A DNA stretch of 64,000 nt from Nibricoccus sp. (lineage in GTDB: Bacteria > Verrucomicrobiota > Verrucomicrobiia > Opitutales > Opitutaceae): positions 2,880,001 to 2,944,000 of the forward strand of contig JASGHG010000001.1 in the NCBI GenBank assembly GCA_047602425.1. Reading direction: 5' to 3'. The notes beneath the pieces are model-generated. The model saw nothing but the letters and a program-made list of their open reading frames with translations, had not been told where the DNA came from and did not search any database. Every line of letters begins with the position of its first letter. The first letter of the stretch is position 1. Positions 9,525 through 19,617 of the stretch are shown here, in pieces. The position numbers and the translations under genes were made by a program.

Positions 9525-10502
9525 ATGCCAGTCGGTTCTAAAACTAGCAAAAAGATCCAACCATCCGGTTCGCCCGAAGATCCGACGTCAAAACCGACGC
9601 CACTCGACGTCGGTCTGCTGGCGGCGCTGCCCACGCTCTCGCTTCGTGCGCGGTACATGGTAGAAAGTTTCATGACCGGGCGCCACCGCAGCCCATTGAA
9701 GGGGACGTCGCCGGAATTTGCCGAATATCGCGCCTATCAGCCGGGGGACGATTTGCGACGGATTGACTGGCGGCTCTACGGCAGGTCGGACCGGCTGCAG
9801 ACGAAGCAGTTTGAGGACGAGAACCAATTGCGCGTTGAACTGGTTCTTGATGTTAGTTCGTCGATGCGATATGCGAGCCGGGTCGGGATCTTCACAAAAT
9901 TTGACTATGCGCGCACGGTGCTGGCGGCGATTGCATTGCTAGCGCGCCGCCAGCACGATGCCGTCGGACTCGCATTTGTAGGCGCGGGACGCGCGGCCGA
10001 TGGAGGATTGATCGGGTTTCATCGTCCGGGCGCGTCCGTGCAGCATCATCACGATATCTTCAATCAACTCGACACTCCTCCAGCAGCCCAAGGCTCCGCT
10101 ATTGTCGAAGGATTGCGACGTCTTGCCCGCCTTTTGTCCGGCGGTGGATTGGTTGTTGTCGCAAGCGATTTCTACGCTGACGTGGCGGAACTGGAGAGCC
10201 TGCTCGCGTTATTCCGTTCAGAACGATTGGAGATGCTTGGCTTGCAGGTGCTCGATCCGATGGAAATCGAATTTGGCGAGGCGAAGTCCGGGCAATTTGT
10301 CGATTTGGAGAGCGGAGAAGTTTTGCCGCTAAATTCCCGGGCCGCGAGAAAAGGCTATCTCGAGCGTTTCACGGCGCATCGAAACAAACTGATGGAATGC
10401 TTCCGCGAGTATGGGGCTGATTTGTTATTGATGCGCACTGATGAACATCCGCTCGACGCGCTCAGCAAATATCTAGCCCATCGCAGTTGCCGAACGCGAT
10501 GA
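9525..10502 (+). CDS. DUF58 / VWA domain protein
   Basis: GRHRS...EFAEYRAYQPGDDLRRIDWR; MIDAS-like DVSSSM; SDF. Confidence 0.92.
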   Translation: MPVGSKTSKKIQPSGSPEDPTSKPTPLDVGLLAALPTLSLRARYMVESFMTGRHRSPLKGTSPEFAEYRAYQPGDDLRRIDWRLYGRSDRLQTKQFEDENQLRVELVLDVSSSMRYASRVGIFTKFDYARTVLAAIALLARRQHDAVGLAFVGAGRAADGGLIGFHRPGASVQHHHDIFNQLDTPPAAQGSAIVEGLRRLARLLSGGGLVVVASDFYADVAELESLLALFRSERLEMLGLQVLDPMEIEFGEAKSGQFVDLESGEVLPLNSRAARKGYLERFTAHRNKLMECFREYGADLLLMRTDEHPLDALSKYLAHRSCRTR

Positions 10503-12484
10503 ATTTGCTGCTCCCTGTTTTTCTTGGTGCGGCGGCATTGGTCGGGCTGCCGATCGTGATGCACCTTTTGCGACTGCAATCGCGAATCAGGATTCCGTTT
10601 CCTTCGCTGCAATTTCTTGGTGGTTCGGCTTTGCGCGATTCGCGGCGCCACAGCCTTTGGCGCTGGCTGACCTTGTTGCTGAGATGTTTGTTTATTCTTC
10701 TGGTGGCGCTGGCATTTTCCCGGCCCTTCTGGCCCTTGGAACACAGTGCTACGAGTCGAGCAATCGTGGTGGTGGTGGACAACTCTTACAGTATGCAGGC
10801 GGCGGGACGCATCGCGGCGGTGGAAGCGTGGTTGAAACCCGGACTGGAATCGCTTCGTCCGCCGGACGAGTTGGGAGTTTTGATGTTGCATCCCTCGCCT
10901 CAGTGGATCGCTCCCTTAAGCGCGGACATCGATGCCGGTCTCCGCGCGCTTTCGCAGTTTCCGAAAGCGTATTCAACAACGCACTACCGCGCAGGACTGG
11001 AACTTGCGGCCACCGCGCTATCCACGACTTCCACTCGACAAAAAGAAATCATATTGGCGGGGGATCAGCAACGACTCGGTTGGAGCGACGTTCGTTTTGA
11101 CCGACAGTTTCCTCCGGGAGTCAAATTGCTTACTGCTCCGATGGCCAAGAATCCTGACCGACAGGCGGCAATCACGTCGGTCAACGCTTTTCGCAATGCA
11201 AAGAACGAGTTGGAATTGGAGGCTGTCGTTTTGGGTTATGCTTCGGAGATTTTCGAAAGGACCTTAACCTTCTACCGGAACGACGAGCAACTCGGCAAGG
11301 TCACATGTCGGATCGGTGGCAGAATTCCCCAAGTTGTACGCGCAGCGTATGCGGTGACGGATCCCAGCGGTACACAAATCATCCGCGCGGAGCTCGATCC
11401 CGACGAACTGACGGTCGATGACGTTGCTTACGCGGTGCTTCCGGCCGGCGATGATCGGCGCGCCATGATGGCACCCGGCTCGTCAACGGGTACGGTGGAT
11501 TATCTGGCCTTGGCCCTGAACGCTGCGCAGGGAGGGAAACTCACCCATTTTCAAATCGATGCCATGGTGTTTTCGGGCCAACCCTGGCCGATATCGAGCG
11601 TTGCCTTGCTTCGCGGGTCGGCGCCATTTTCGGGCAACGCCGAACGTGCCCTCGACGAGTTTCTTTTGGCTGGTGGTTCGGCATGGCTGATATGCGATGG
11701 TTCGCCCGAGCAAACTGCATGGTTGAAGAAACGCGGAATCGACCTGGCGCCGGTGAGGGCGTCGGCGGGCGGATTGAAGCTGCGCGATTTGGCACTGGAG
11801 CATCCGCTGTTTGCCGCCTTTGAAGGGCAAAGCCTCGCTCCATTGCTCGAACCTGCATTTCGACGGGGTTGGGCGATTGGCGGACCCTCCGTGGAGCCTT
11901 TGGCGCGCTGGCCGGACCGCAGCGTGGCGATAGCAGAGGTTTCGACCGGGCTAGGGCGCATCTTGATCACCGGTTTTGGCGCGACGCGCGAGGATTCCGA
12001 TTTACCGTTGAGCGCCGCATACCTGCCGCTTGTTCACCAAGCCGTTTTTTGGCTGGCCGAAAACAAATTGGTCGCGCCCGACAGCGGACGTGTTGGCGAA
12101 ACGTTGGCTCTGCCGGGGAAGGGGACTTGGCGGCCGGTTGTATCTCCCATGGCCGTGGGGGCTTCGACGGTGGACGGTTTTGTGGTGCCGGAAGCGCCGG
12201 GAATTTACGAGTACGACGATGGTGTCAGGAAACGTTGGTATGCCATAAACCTGGAAACCAGCGAATCCGATCTTTCTCCGTGGCCAACACCGGCGGATTT
12301 CGCCTCGCTCGTTTCCAAAGAGCCAGCAAAGCCCGAACCAACGGCGAATGCTACAAGCAAGACTAGCCAACCGGTGATCGACGCCCGCCTGGTCGACGAA
12401 CGTCACGCTTGGTGGTGGCTTATTGCTGTTTCATTGGTTCTGCTTGTTTTGGAGTTGATGCTGTCAAACCGAACCATCCCATGA
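10499..12484 (+). CDS. BatA N-terminal + VWA domain membrane protein
   Basis: LPIVMHLL...FPSLQFL...LLLR...LAFSRP; DNSYSM MIDAS; NLETSESDL; C-terminal TM. Confidence 0.88.
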   Translation: MNLLLPVFLGAAALVGLPIVMHLLRLQSRIRIPFPSLQFLGGSALRDSRRHSLWRWLTLLLRCLFILLVALAFSRPFWPLEHSATSRAIVVVVDNSYSMQAAGRIAAVEAWLKPGLESLRPPDELGVLMLHPSPQWIAPLSADIDAGLRALSQFPKAYSTTHYRAGLELAATALSTTSTRQKEIILAGDQQRLGWSDVRFDRQFPPGVKLLTAPMAKNPDRQAAITSVNAFRNAKNELELEAVVLGYASEIFERTLTFYRNDEQLGKVTCRIGGRIPQVVRAAYAVTDPSGTQIIRAELDPDELTVDDVAYAVLPAGDDRRAMMAPGSSTGTVDYLALALNAAQGGKLTHFQIDAMVFSGQPWPISSVALLRGSAPFSGNAERALDEFLLAGGSAWLICDGSPEQTAWLKKRGIDLAPVRASAGGLKLRDLALEHPLFAAFEGQSLAPLLEPAFRRGWAIGGPSVEPLARWPDRSVAIAEVSTGLGRILITGFGATREDSDLPLSAAYLPLVHQAVFWLAENKLVAPDSGRVGETLALPGKGTWRPVVSPMAVGASTVDGFVVPEAPGIYEYDDGVRKRWYAINLETSESDLSPWPTPADFASLVSKEPAKPEPTANATSKTSQPVIDARLVDERHAWWWLIAVSLVLLVLELMLSNRTIP

Positions 12485-14988
12485 CCGGAGATCCGCGATC
12501 GATTTTGTTTCATCGTCATCGGTTTGACCGGTGGGTGGTTCCCCTCTGGGTGATTGTGACGGGCCTCGTATTGGACAACGTGCTTGTTTACGCGAACGCG
12601 TCGGCCCGTGCCCATCTCGTGCTGGCGGGCGGCGTGCTATTGGCCGCATTTGCGGCGAAAATGCTGTTTCGCCCGAGCCTGCAAGACACCGCCCGTCGAT
12701 TGGATGCCTCGGCGAGTACGAGAAATCGCTTCGAGGCCATCGCTTCGCTTGAAGGGATCAATCATCCGCTTGCCAGGGCGCTCAACGATGAGACAGGAGA
12801 TTTCCTATTTCGACGCCAGTTGCCGCCGGCCTACATGACGATCGTGGGCATGGTATTGTTGGTGGCATTTGCGGTCATACGGCTTGCCACCCTGAAAACG
12901 GGACGAGAAGCCGCCGAACCTGAACGCATCACCGCCGCACCGGTTGCTGCAAACCAAGAGGAACCGCCAAAGCAAACGCCGATGCCGCTGGCCGCGTTGA
13001 GCTGGCTGGAGCCGGCTTCCAGTATTGTGGCGACGCAGAGCGAACTGGTGCCGCTGCTCGCCAAAGCGAACAGCAGCGCTGCGCTTAAAAATGTGAAATT
13101 GCACGTAATGGTTGGCGCCGAACTCGTGCAGGTGACTCCCCTGGAATCTGTCGGCGCCGGCGAGCACAGGATTCAATGCCTGCTGGATCTGGGAAAGTTG
13201 AAATGCGAGCCGTATTCATTTGTTGGATATTATCTCAGCGCAGAACTTAGCCGGGAGGGTGTCACTCCCGATACGCCGCCCTGGCCGGAATTATTTTCAA
13301 CGTTGCAGCTGATACAAATACGGCCTGCGGGAAGCGATCTCACGGCCGGCCCACCTCCGGCGGACGAAGCGGCCTCGAGCGAACTCGAGCGTCTGCTTTA
13401 TGCGGTGAAACGTGCGAAGGTGGCGCAGGTCGAAGTGGCGGCGGCGAGTTTCGAACTCGCCCATGGACAACCACCCGCCATCGACCCGGCTTGGCGCGCG
13501 AAGATGAAAGAAACGGCGACGAAGGAGCGAGCGATTTGGCAGAACGACAAAGAACTGCTGGCCGCGGTTAAAGACGACCTCGCCCTTTGGTCCGCGATCG
13601 ATCTGTTGCACCGCGAAGGCTCCGAGCTCGAAGCGACGTGGGACAGCCTGGGCAAGAACGATCCCGCCGCCGCTGTTGGTTCCTCGCAGCGGGCGTTGGC
13701 TAAAATCGCAGAACTGGAGCAAGTTTTTGCAACAGCGCTGGCGAAGCAGCAGGAGGCGAAGAGCATTTTGCTTAACGATACCTTGACGGAGGACGGCGTG
13801 CTTAAATTACCCGCCCGCGATGGCACGCCGGCAGGATTGCTGGAGCGTGACGCACGTGAGCAGCAGACGCTCGCGAACGAACTCGCTAAACGAACGGCAA
13901 CGACGGCAAATGCTTTTTCGACGGAAAAGGAGGTCGTTAACGATCTCACCAAACTTGCGGCCAACGAAGGTTTTTCCACCGAGGTCAGAAGTCTGGTTTC
14001 GTCGGCAGTGGTTGATGCTCGTGAAGCCCGCCAACATCTTAACGACCGCGATCAACGGGCGGCCACTGAGCCGGCGGCTCGCGCGGCTCAGGCGCTTCAG
14101 GCAAGCGTGAACGCCATGGAAGCTTCCGGGCGTCAATCGGCGGCGAGACAACTGGCGTCGGCCCAGCGCGAACTGAACGAAGCGGCCTTGGCGGAAAAAG
14201 ACGGCGATTCCGCCTCGGCAGAGCGCACGCTGGAAAAAATCCGGGCGCAAGTTGCTCAAGAGGCGCTCGCGCAGCAGCGGTCTGGTTCGGCAGAAGCGGC
14301 GAAAGAACTGGCCGAACTTCACGATGCCCTGCGAAAACCTCCAAAAAGAGACAATAGGCCGTTGTCCAAGGGTGAAACGCCGCCGGGCGCTGGCGAACAG
14401 CTGTCTGAACTCGCCCGCCTGGCCGCGGAAAAACGACAACAAGTCCTTAGCGACAAAGAACGTGAGCAAGAACTGGCAAAAGCGAGTGAGGAATTGCGCC
14501 GAGTCCGGCAGAACGTGAAACGTTCCGCGCAGAATAGCCCGAAGGACCTCGAGGAACTTTTTAAACAAGCGCAGGAGAACGCGCAGAAATCCGGCACGTC
14601 CCTCAATTTGCCTCCGCCTAAAGAAAATCCTCCTCCGAAATCGAACGCCGAAGAAAAAGATCCTGCCAAGGGTACCGTGTCCGACACCGCCATCGCGGCG
14701 GCACCTCCGGTATCGAAAACAGACGATCCTGTCCGAAAAGTGATAGAAGGACGCCCTTCGCCGAGTGCGGTGAACAGAGAGCGCTATGTGGATGGTCTTA
14801 TTTTGGAAATCGATCGCGCCATGGCCCAACTCGGACAAAAACGCGCGGCTGAACGAACGCAGGTGTTATCGACGGCGTCGGTAGCTGACGCCCCGGAACC
14901 CTATCGCAAGGCCGTGGGCGACTACTTCGAAGCGCTGGCGCGCGCGGGGCAGGCCGAATCTGTTCAATCCAGCACCTCCAAACGATGA
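12481..14988 (+). CDS. Large membrane-anchored coiled-coil protein of MoxR operon (DUF4175-like)
   Basis: N-terminal TMs, ARRLD..., long helical region, C-terminal PEPYRKAVGDYFEAL; ATGA overlap with neighbours. Confidence 0.7.
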   Translation: MTGDPRSILFHRHRFDRWVVPLWVIVTGLVLDNVLVYANASARAHLVLAGGVLLAAFAAKMLFRPSLQDTARRLDASASTRNRFEAIASLEGINHPLARALNDETGDFLFRRQLPPAYMTIVGMVLLVAFAVIRLATLKTGREAAEPERITAAPVAANQEEPPKQTPMPLAALSWLEPASSIVATQSELVPLLAKANSSAALKNVKLHVMVGAELVQVTPLESVGAGEHRIQCLLDLGKLKCEPYSFVGYYLSAELSREGVTPDTPPWPELFSTLQLIQIRPAGSDLTAGPPPADEAASSELERLLYAVKRAKVAQVEVAAASFELAHGQPPAIDPAWRAKMKETATKERAIWQNDKELLAAVKDDLALWSAIDLLHREGSELEATWDSLGKNDPAAAVGSSQRALAKIAELEQVFATALAKQQEAKSILLNDTLTEDGVLKLPARDGTPAGLLERDAREQQTLANELAKRTATTANAFSTEKEVVNDLTKLAANEGFSTEVRSLVSSAVVDAREARQHLNDRDQRAATEPAARAAQALQASVNAMEASGRQSAARQLASAQRELNEAALAEKDGDSASAERTLEKIRAQVAQEALAQQRSGSAEAAKELAELHDALRKPPKRDNRPLSKGETPPGAGEQLSELARLAAEKRQQVLSDKEREQELAKASEELRRVRQNVKRSAQNSPKDLEELFKQAQENAQKSGTSLNLPPPKENPPPKSNAEEKDPAKGTVSDTAIAAAPPVSKTDDPVRKVIEGRPSPSAVNRERYVDGLILEIDRAMAQLGQKRAAERTQVLSTASVADAPEPYRKAVGDYFEALARAGQAESVQSSTSKR

Positions 14989-17321
14989 AGACGGAGTTTT
15001 CGGATGTTTTGGAGTTTGGCGGTTTTATAACCGGATGGCCGGCGGCCCGACTCTGGCCGATCATGGCATGCTTGCTGGTCTTGGCGGCCTATGTTGCGTG
15101 GTTGAGTTATAGATACTCGGTGGTTAGTTTAGGTCTTCCCAAGCGCATTGTGCTCGTAACGTTGCGGACGATGGTATTTGCATCCATGTTGGCGTGTCTG
15201 GCGAATCCGGTGCGGATCGAGAAATCGACGGTCGAACCGCCCAAGCCGCCTAAAAAACAAAGTTCGGGTTCTATCGGACGATTGGCGGTGGTTGTGGATC
15301 GTTCGGACAGCATGACGACGCCCGACAACCGCAACCTGACCCGACTCGACAGCGCGCTGGCCGTCTGGCGACGATTTGAACCAGCCGCCAGGCCCGCATA
15401 TGCCGATGTCCGCTTCTACAGTTTTGCCGAGGATTTGAAGGAGGCCGCGACACTCGACGAAGCGCTGGCACGGCGGGGCGGCACCGATAAGACATGTCTT
15501 TACGCTGCACTTGACGAGCTGCTGAAAAAGACGGTGGAGGAGCGACCCGATGCAATTGTGGTGCTGAGCGATGGCATCGACAATTCGGGCCGATCCGAAT
15601 CGGGTTTGATCGAAGCGGCGCGCTCGGCCGGAGTCGCCGTGCACTTTATCGCCGGTTACAATCGGGAGAGACCCGAACCATTCATGAGAGTCCGCGATTT
15701 TAACGCACCGGATTCGGTTTTACGGCGCACGGTTTTTCCGGTGACGGTGACGTTCGAGGCTTTTTCGCGCGACGATCGTGTCGTACCATTTTCGCTCTGG
15801 TCAGGAGGTCGCCGGATTGATGGAGGTTCGTTGCTGCTCACCACGGGCGCCAACCTTGTTCCATGGAGCTGCCGGGTGGCCGCAGACGACATGGGGCAGA
15901 TGGACTTGACGTTGCGGCTCGAAGATGGGCCAACGCCTCGCGTCGCCGCCCGTACGGGCGTTTCGGTCATGGGGCAAAGGCCGGTCAACGTCGTTATTTA
16001 TCAAGGCGCGGTCGATTGGGGCCTGAGATACCTGACCGACGCGTTGCAGACAGATCCTGGTTTTGAATTGGTTACGGTCGTTAATCCTGCGCTGGGAGTT
16101 TCCTTGCCGGCGACTCCGGACGCGACGAAGATGACAGGGACTCTTGCGTCGGACGTGTCGGATCTGTCATCCGGAGACTGCATCTTTCTCGTGCGTCCTC
16201 ATGTGCGGCAATTGTCGCTGCGACAGCAGCAGGCCTTGGTTAACTTTGTGCGGCAAGGTGGCTGTGTGATTTTCACGCAGCCGGATGCGACCAGCACGCC
16301 GCAGTTCAGGGGAACGCCCCTCGGCGATCTTTTGCCGGTGGTGTTTGACGAGCCGGTTGGCCCACCGCCGGCCACGGAGGTGAAGGCAACGACGCTCTTT
16401 CAATTCGCGAGCAAAAAACGTGAAGGGAAACACGAAGATGGTCCATCGGTGCTCACGCCGTTTTTGCTCACGGAGAAAGGGCGTGCTTCGCCAATTTTTG
16501 CCGCCGCTGGATCGGGTGGCCCGTCGTTTTTGGAGCCGAAGTTTGCGGAATACGCCCGGGTGTCGCGTTTGCGGCCAGGGGCCGAACTATTCGCCATCCA
16601 CCCCACCGAACGCGATCCTTCCAACGGCCAGCCATACATTTTGCTCGCTACGCAGACCTTTGGTTTTGGCCGCACCGCGATCTTGACGACCGATGGTTTG
16701 TGGCGCTGGAAACTGAGCGAGCCCTCGGAAAAACGCGTGGTAGAAACATTTTGGCAACAACTGGTCCTTGCCTTGGGAAAACGCAGTGTCACCGAGCATA
16801 TCCGTTTTCTCGATCAACCCGCTCAAGTGCGTTTGGGCGGAGTCGCTTCGGTACGGCTCACGGGCGTCGATGCCACGCGCAAACCGGTGATAACGGCTGT
16901 GGCGCCCGATGGGCGGCGAGGCGCGATCGAACCCAAACCAACAGGCGATCCTAAAACTCCCTGGATGATAAGTTGGAAGCCGGATATCGCCGGCGCTTGG
17001 GAATTTCGGGCCTCGGTGGAAGGTGATTTGCCCGCTTCCTGGTTTACCGAAGTCACGACCGCTTCCGTAGGCGAACGCGCCCGCACGCCCACAGCCGTCA
17101 ATTCGATGCGCTCGATCGCCGCGGCGACGGGAGGCCTGCTTCTTGTCGACCAATTGCCGCTCGCTTGGCGAACCGAGCAAAAGACCGAACGAAAAATCAC
17201 GCTCAAACCAATTGTAACCGAGAAGAAGCACCTCCGCTGGAATAATTGGCTAATGCTGAGCGTAGCCTTCGGAACTTACGCGCTGGAACTCGTGCTGCGA
17301 CGGGTTTGGAAATTGCTTTGA
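14985..17321 (+). CDS. VWA + class I glutamine-amidotransferase-like domain membrane protein
   Basis: DRSDSM MIDAS, VLSDGIDN, FVRQGG, GFGRT, LWRWK, C-terminal TM. Confidence 0.78.
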   Translation: MKTEFSDVLEFGGFITGWPAARLWPIMACLLVLAAYVAWLSYRYSVVSLGLPKRIVLVTLRTMVFASMLACLANPVRIEKSTVEPPKPPKKQSSGSIGRLAVVVDRSDSMTTPDNRNLTRLDSALAVWRRFEPAARPAYADVRFYSFAEDLKEAATLDEALARRGGTDKTCLYAALDELLKKTVEERPDAIVVLSDGIDNSGRSESGLIEAARSAGVAVHFIAGYNRERPEPFMRVRDFNAPDSVLRRTVFPVTVTFEAFSRDDRVVPFSLWSGGRRIDGGSLLLTTGANLVPWSCRVAADDMGQMDLTLRLEDGPTPRVAARTGVSVMGQRPVNVVIYQGAVDWGLRYLTDALQTDPGFELVTVVNPALGVSLPATPDATKMTGTLASDVSDLSSGDCIFLVRPHVRQLSLRQQQALVNFVRQGGCVIFTQPDATSTPQFRGTPLGDLLPVVFDEPVGPPPATEVKATTLFQFASKKREGKHEDGPSVLTPFLLTEKGRASPIFAAAGSGGPSFLEPKFAEYARVSRLRPGAELFAIHPTERDPSNGQPYILLATQTFGFGRTAILTTDGLWRWKLSEPSEKRVVETFWQQLVLALGKRSVTEHIRFLDQPAQVRLGGVASVRLTGVDATRKPVITAVAPDGRRGAIEPKPTGDPKTPWMISWKPDIAGAWEFRASVEGDLPASWFTEVTTASVGERARTPTAVNSMRSIAAATGGLLLVDQLPLAWRTEQKTERKITLKPIVTEKKHLRWNNWLMLSVAFGTYALELVLRRVWKLL

Positions 17322-17422
17322 GCTATGCTTCTGCGGTGCGGTTTCGATTTTTGGCGATAGCTAACGCTTCTGTAAGCGCGCCCGGCGTGCAGGCTGGCGC
17401 GAGGAACGGATGGCGAACGTGC

Positions 17423-18808
17423 TTACAGGCCCAGGATGCGCTTGGCTTCGAGGACGAGCGGGGTCTCGTTGAGCGGAGCCTCGGGGGGAATGGCTTGGGT
17501 GGCGCCGACCTTGGGCGCGCGATCGCGCAGGGCGAGCCAGGCGAGCGAGGCGGCTTCGCTGGACGCAGCGCGGGCAGCGATGCGGGCGAGGTTTTGTGCG
17601 GGCGCGGGAATTTGTTCTTTTGGCAGCACGCCTTTTTCGGCGAGGAAAAACGAAAGCGAATGGCCAAGGGTGTCGACCCAGGCGAAGGGATTTGGCGGTG
17701 GCGCGTAGGTAAAGCCCTGGCCGGCCGGATAGGGGGTGAACTCCAGGAACATGCGCAGCGCATCGTGGAGTTGCATGAGCTCGGAGTTGGCGGTGGCGGG
17801 GGTCCAACGGAGTTGGAAGGTTTTGCGCTCGCGGAATTTTTTAATTTCCCAGAGGCGGAGGACCATGTGGTAGTCGCCGCTCTTGTGGCTGAGCGCGCCG
17901 GTGAAAACGTAATCGAGGCCGCCCTGGCAGGTGTCGACTAGTTGGCGAATGTCGTCGGTCGTCCACTCGCTGCCGAACATGCCGTAATGGTCCTTTTCCA
18001 TCATGGCGATGGCGGCAATGGGAGCGTAGTGCGGGCAGAAATACGTGGATTCCTGGAGCCAGAGGGGAATCCCTCGGCTTAAGCGGGCAAGGTCTTCCTC
18101 CGGCTGGGTCATTTTCTTCAGCCATTCCTTTTCGTCGGGCAGGGCGAGCTGGGCAAAGGCGATACGGCGTTTTGAACCCTCTTTGGGCGGAAGAAGGCTG
18201 GGCAAACCTTCGAGGCCATAGGTCCAGATCGGACGGCTGATGCTGACGAGGTGAATGGTCTTGATGCGCGGCGGGGCGTCGGGTCCGGCGTCTTCCTCGG
18301 GGGTGGAGGCGCCGGCTGGCCGGGTCGGGAGTTGGCCGCGACGTTCGGCCTCGAGGAGTTCGGCGAGGGCGTTGGAGAAACCGTAGAGACGTTCTTCAAT
18401 CTCGGGATTTTTCAGCGCGAAAAGGATATCGAGCAGATGCTGTGCGGCGTTGGTGTTGCGCGTGGCGAGATAGGCTTGGAGAAGATTGATGCCGGTGGCG
18501 GGGCCGTGGCGCTGGGCATCGTAACGCGGCGCAACGAGTTCCACGATCTGGTCAACGTAGCCGCACGAACCGAGGTCGCCGGACAAGGCGACGAGCACGT
18601 CGGGCCGGTCGCCGGAGGTGACGAGCAGTTCTTCGTAAATGGCGAGAGCGCCGGCCAAATCCTTGGCCTCCAGTTTTTCGCGGGCCGAGAGTAGCAACGC
18701 CTTGACGCTGCCTGGAGCCGGCGGTGTGGTTCCACCGTTTGGTTCGGCAGGCTGGGAAGGATTGGAGGCGTTGTCCTTGTTTGAGGTAAGACGATCGAAG
18801 AAGCCCAT
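17423..18808 (-). CDS. Hypothetical protein with N-terminal TPR-like helices
   Basis: 461-aa ORF with genome-typical codon use; AREKLEAKDLAGALAIYEELL pattern. Confidence 0.7.
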   Translation of the reverse strand: MGFFDRLTSNKDNASNPSQPAEPNGGTTPPAPGSVKALLLSAREKLEAKDLAGALAIYEELLVTSGDRPDVLVALSGDLGSCGYVDQIVELVAPRYDAQRHGPATGINLLQAYLATRNTNAAQHLLDILFALKNPEIEERLYGFSNALAELLEAERRGQLPTRPAGASTPEEDAGPDAPPRIKTIHLVSISRPIWTYGLEGLPSLLPPKEGSKRRIAFAQLALPDEKEWLKKMTQPEEDLARLSRGIPLWLQESTYFCPHYAPIAAIAMMEKDHYGMFGSEWTTDDIRQLVDTCQGGLDYVFTGALSHKSGDYHMVLRLWEIKKFRERKTFQLRWTPATANSELMQLHDALRMFLEFTPYPAGQGFTYAPPPNPFAWVDTLGHSLSFFLAEKGVLPKEQIPAPAQNLARIAARAASSEAASLAWLALRDRAPKVGATQAIPPEAPLNETPLVLEAKRILGL

Positions 18809-18969
18809 GGCGTTAAAAGCAAAAGAATGCCCGCGCTCGGTGCGACGCTATTTTCGCCAACGAATTATGAAATTTGCAGGCTTGGGAACCCTAATCTGCG
18901 CTATTGAACGCCAATTGCAGAAAGTTTGGAGGATCCAGAGCCTACCTGACCCCCAAAAAACGGGGCCAA

Positions 18970-19566
18970 CTAACGTTTTTTGGCGGTTAAAACCGTTCCA
19001 ACACCCACCATGGCGCCAACCAGGTGGGCCACCGGCACGCTGTCGATCCCGCGGCTTGCAAGCTCGGGGTTGAGTGGGCCATGTCCGAACGCTTCGACTC
19101 CGATTTTCGCGGCGAAGAAAATCAATACTCCCAGCCAGAGCGGCCGAGCCCGTGGTTCGGTACGCAAACCATGAACCGCGAGGGCGACAAGGACGGCCGA
19201 GGCGACGCCGGAAATTCCGGCATAGCGAAGAAGCGAGGGCGCGATGACGAGCAGCGCGAGGCTGATGACGACGGGCGAGAGCAACAACGTGCGTCGCAGG
19301 ACAATCGGTGCACAATGTTCCAGCCACCCGCCGGCGGGGATGAGAATCACGAGATTCCAAAACAAATGACTGGCGGAAAAATGCACCCAGTGCCCGCTGA
19401 CGACGCGCCAGAGTTGTCCGCCGAGAATCTTTTCCCGGTCGTAGACGAGGGCATCGAATGCGCCTGAAACGAACCAGGCGACCACCGCCAAGGCGGCTGC
19501 GGCGAGTGTAAACCACGGCAGATGGCCGGCGCAGAATGTTTTGGAGGATGGGTTTTCTTGGGGCAT
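18970..19566 (-). CDS. rrtA: Rhombosortase (rhomboid-family intramembrane serine protease)
   Basis: L-x-YDR...GQLWRVVSGHWVHFSASHLFWN, YAGISGV (catalytic Ser), VPVAHLVG (catalytic His); small size with no extra domain. Confidence 0.82.
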   Translation of the reverse strand: MPQENPSSKTFCAGHLPWFTLAAAALAVVAWFVSGAFDALVYDREKILGGQLWRVVSGHWVHFSASHLFWNLVILIPAGGWLEHCAPIVLRRTLLLSPVVISLALLVIAPSLLRYAGISGVASAVLVALAVHGLRTEPRARPLWLGVLIFFAAKIGVEAFGHGPLNPELASRGIDSVPVAHLVGAMVGVGTVLTAKKR

Positions 19567-19617
19567 CCGAAAGGTTTCGGCTTGGCCAACAGGCCAGACC
19601 ATGGCACTTGAAGGTCA

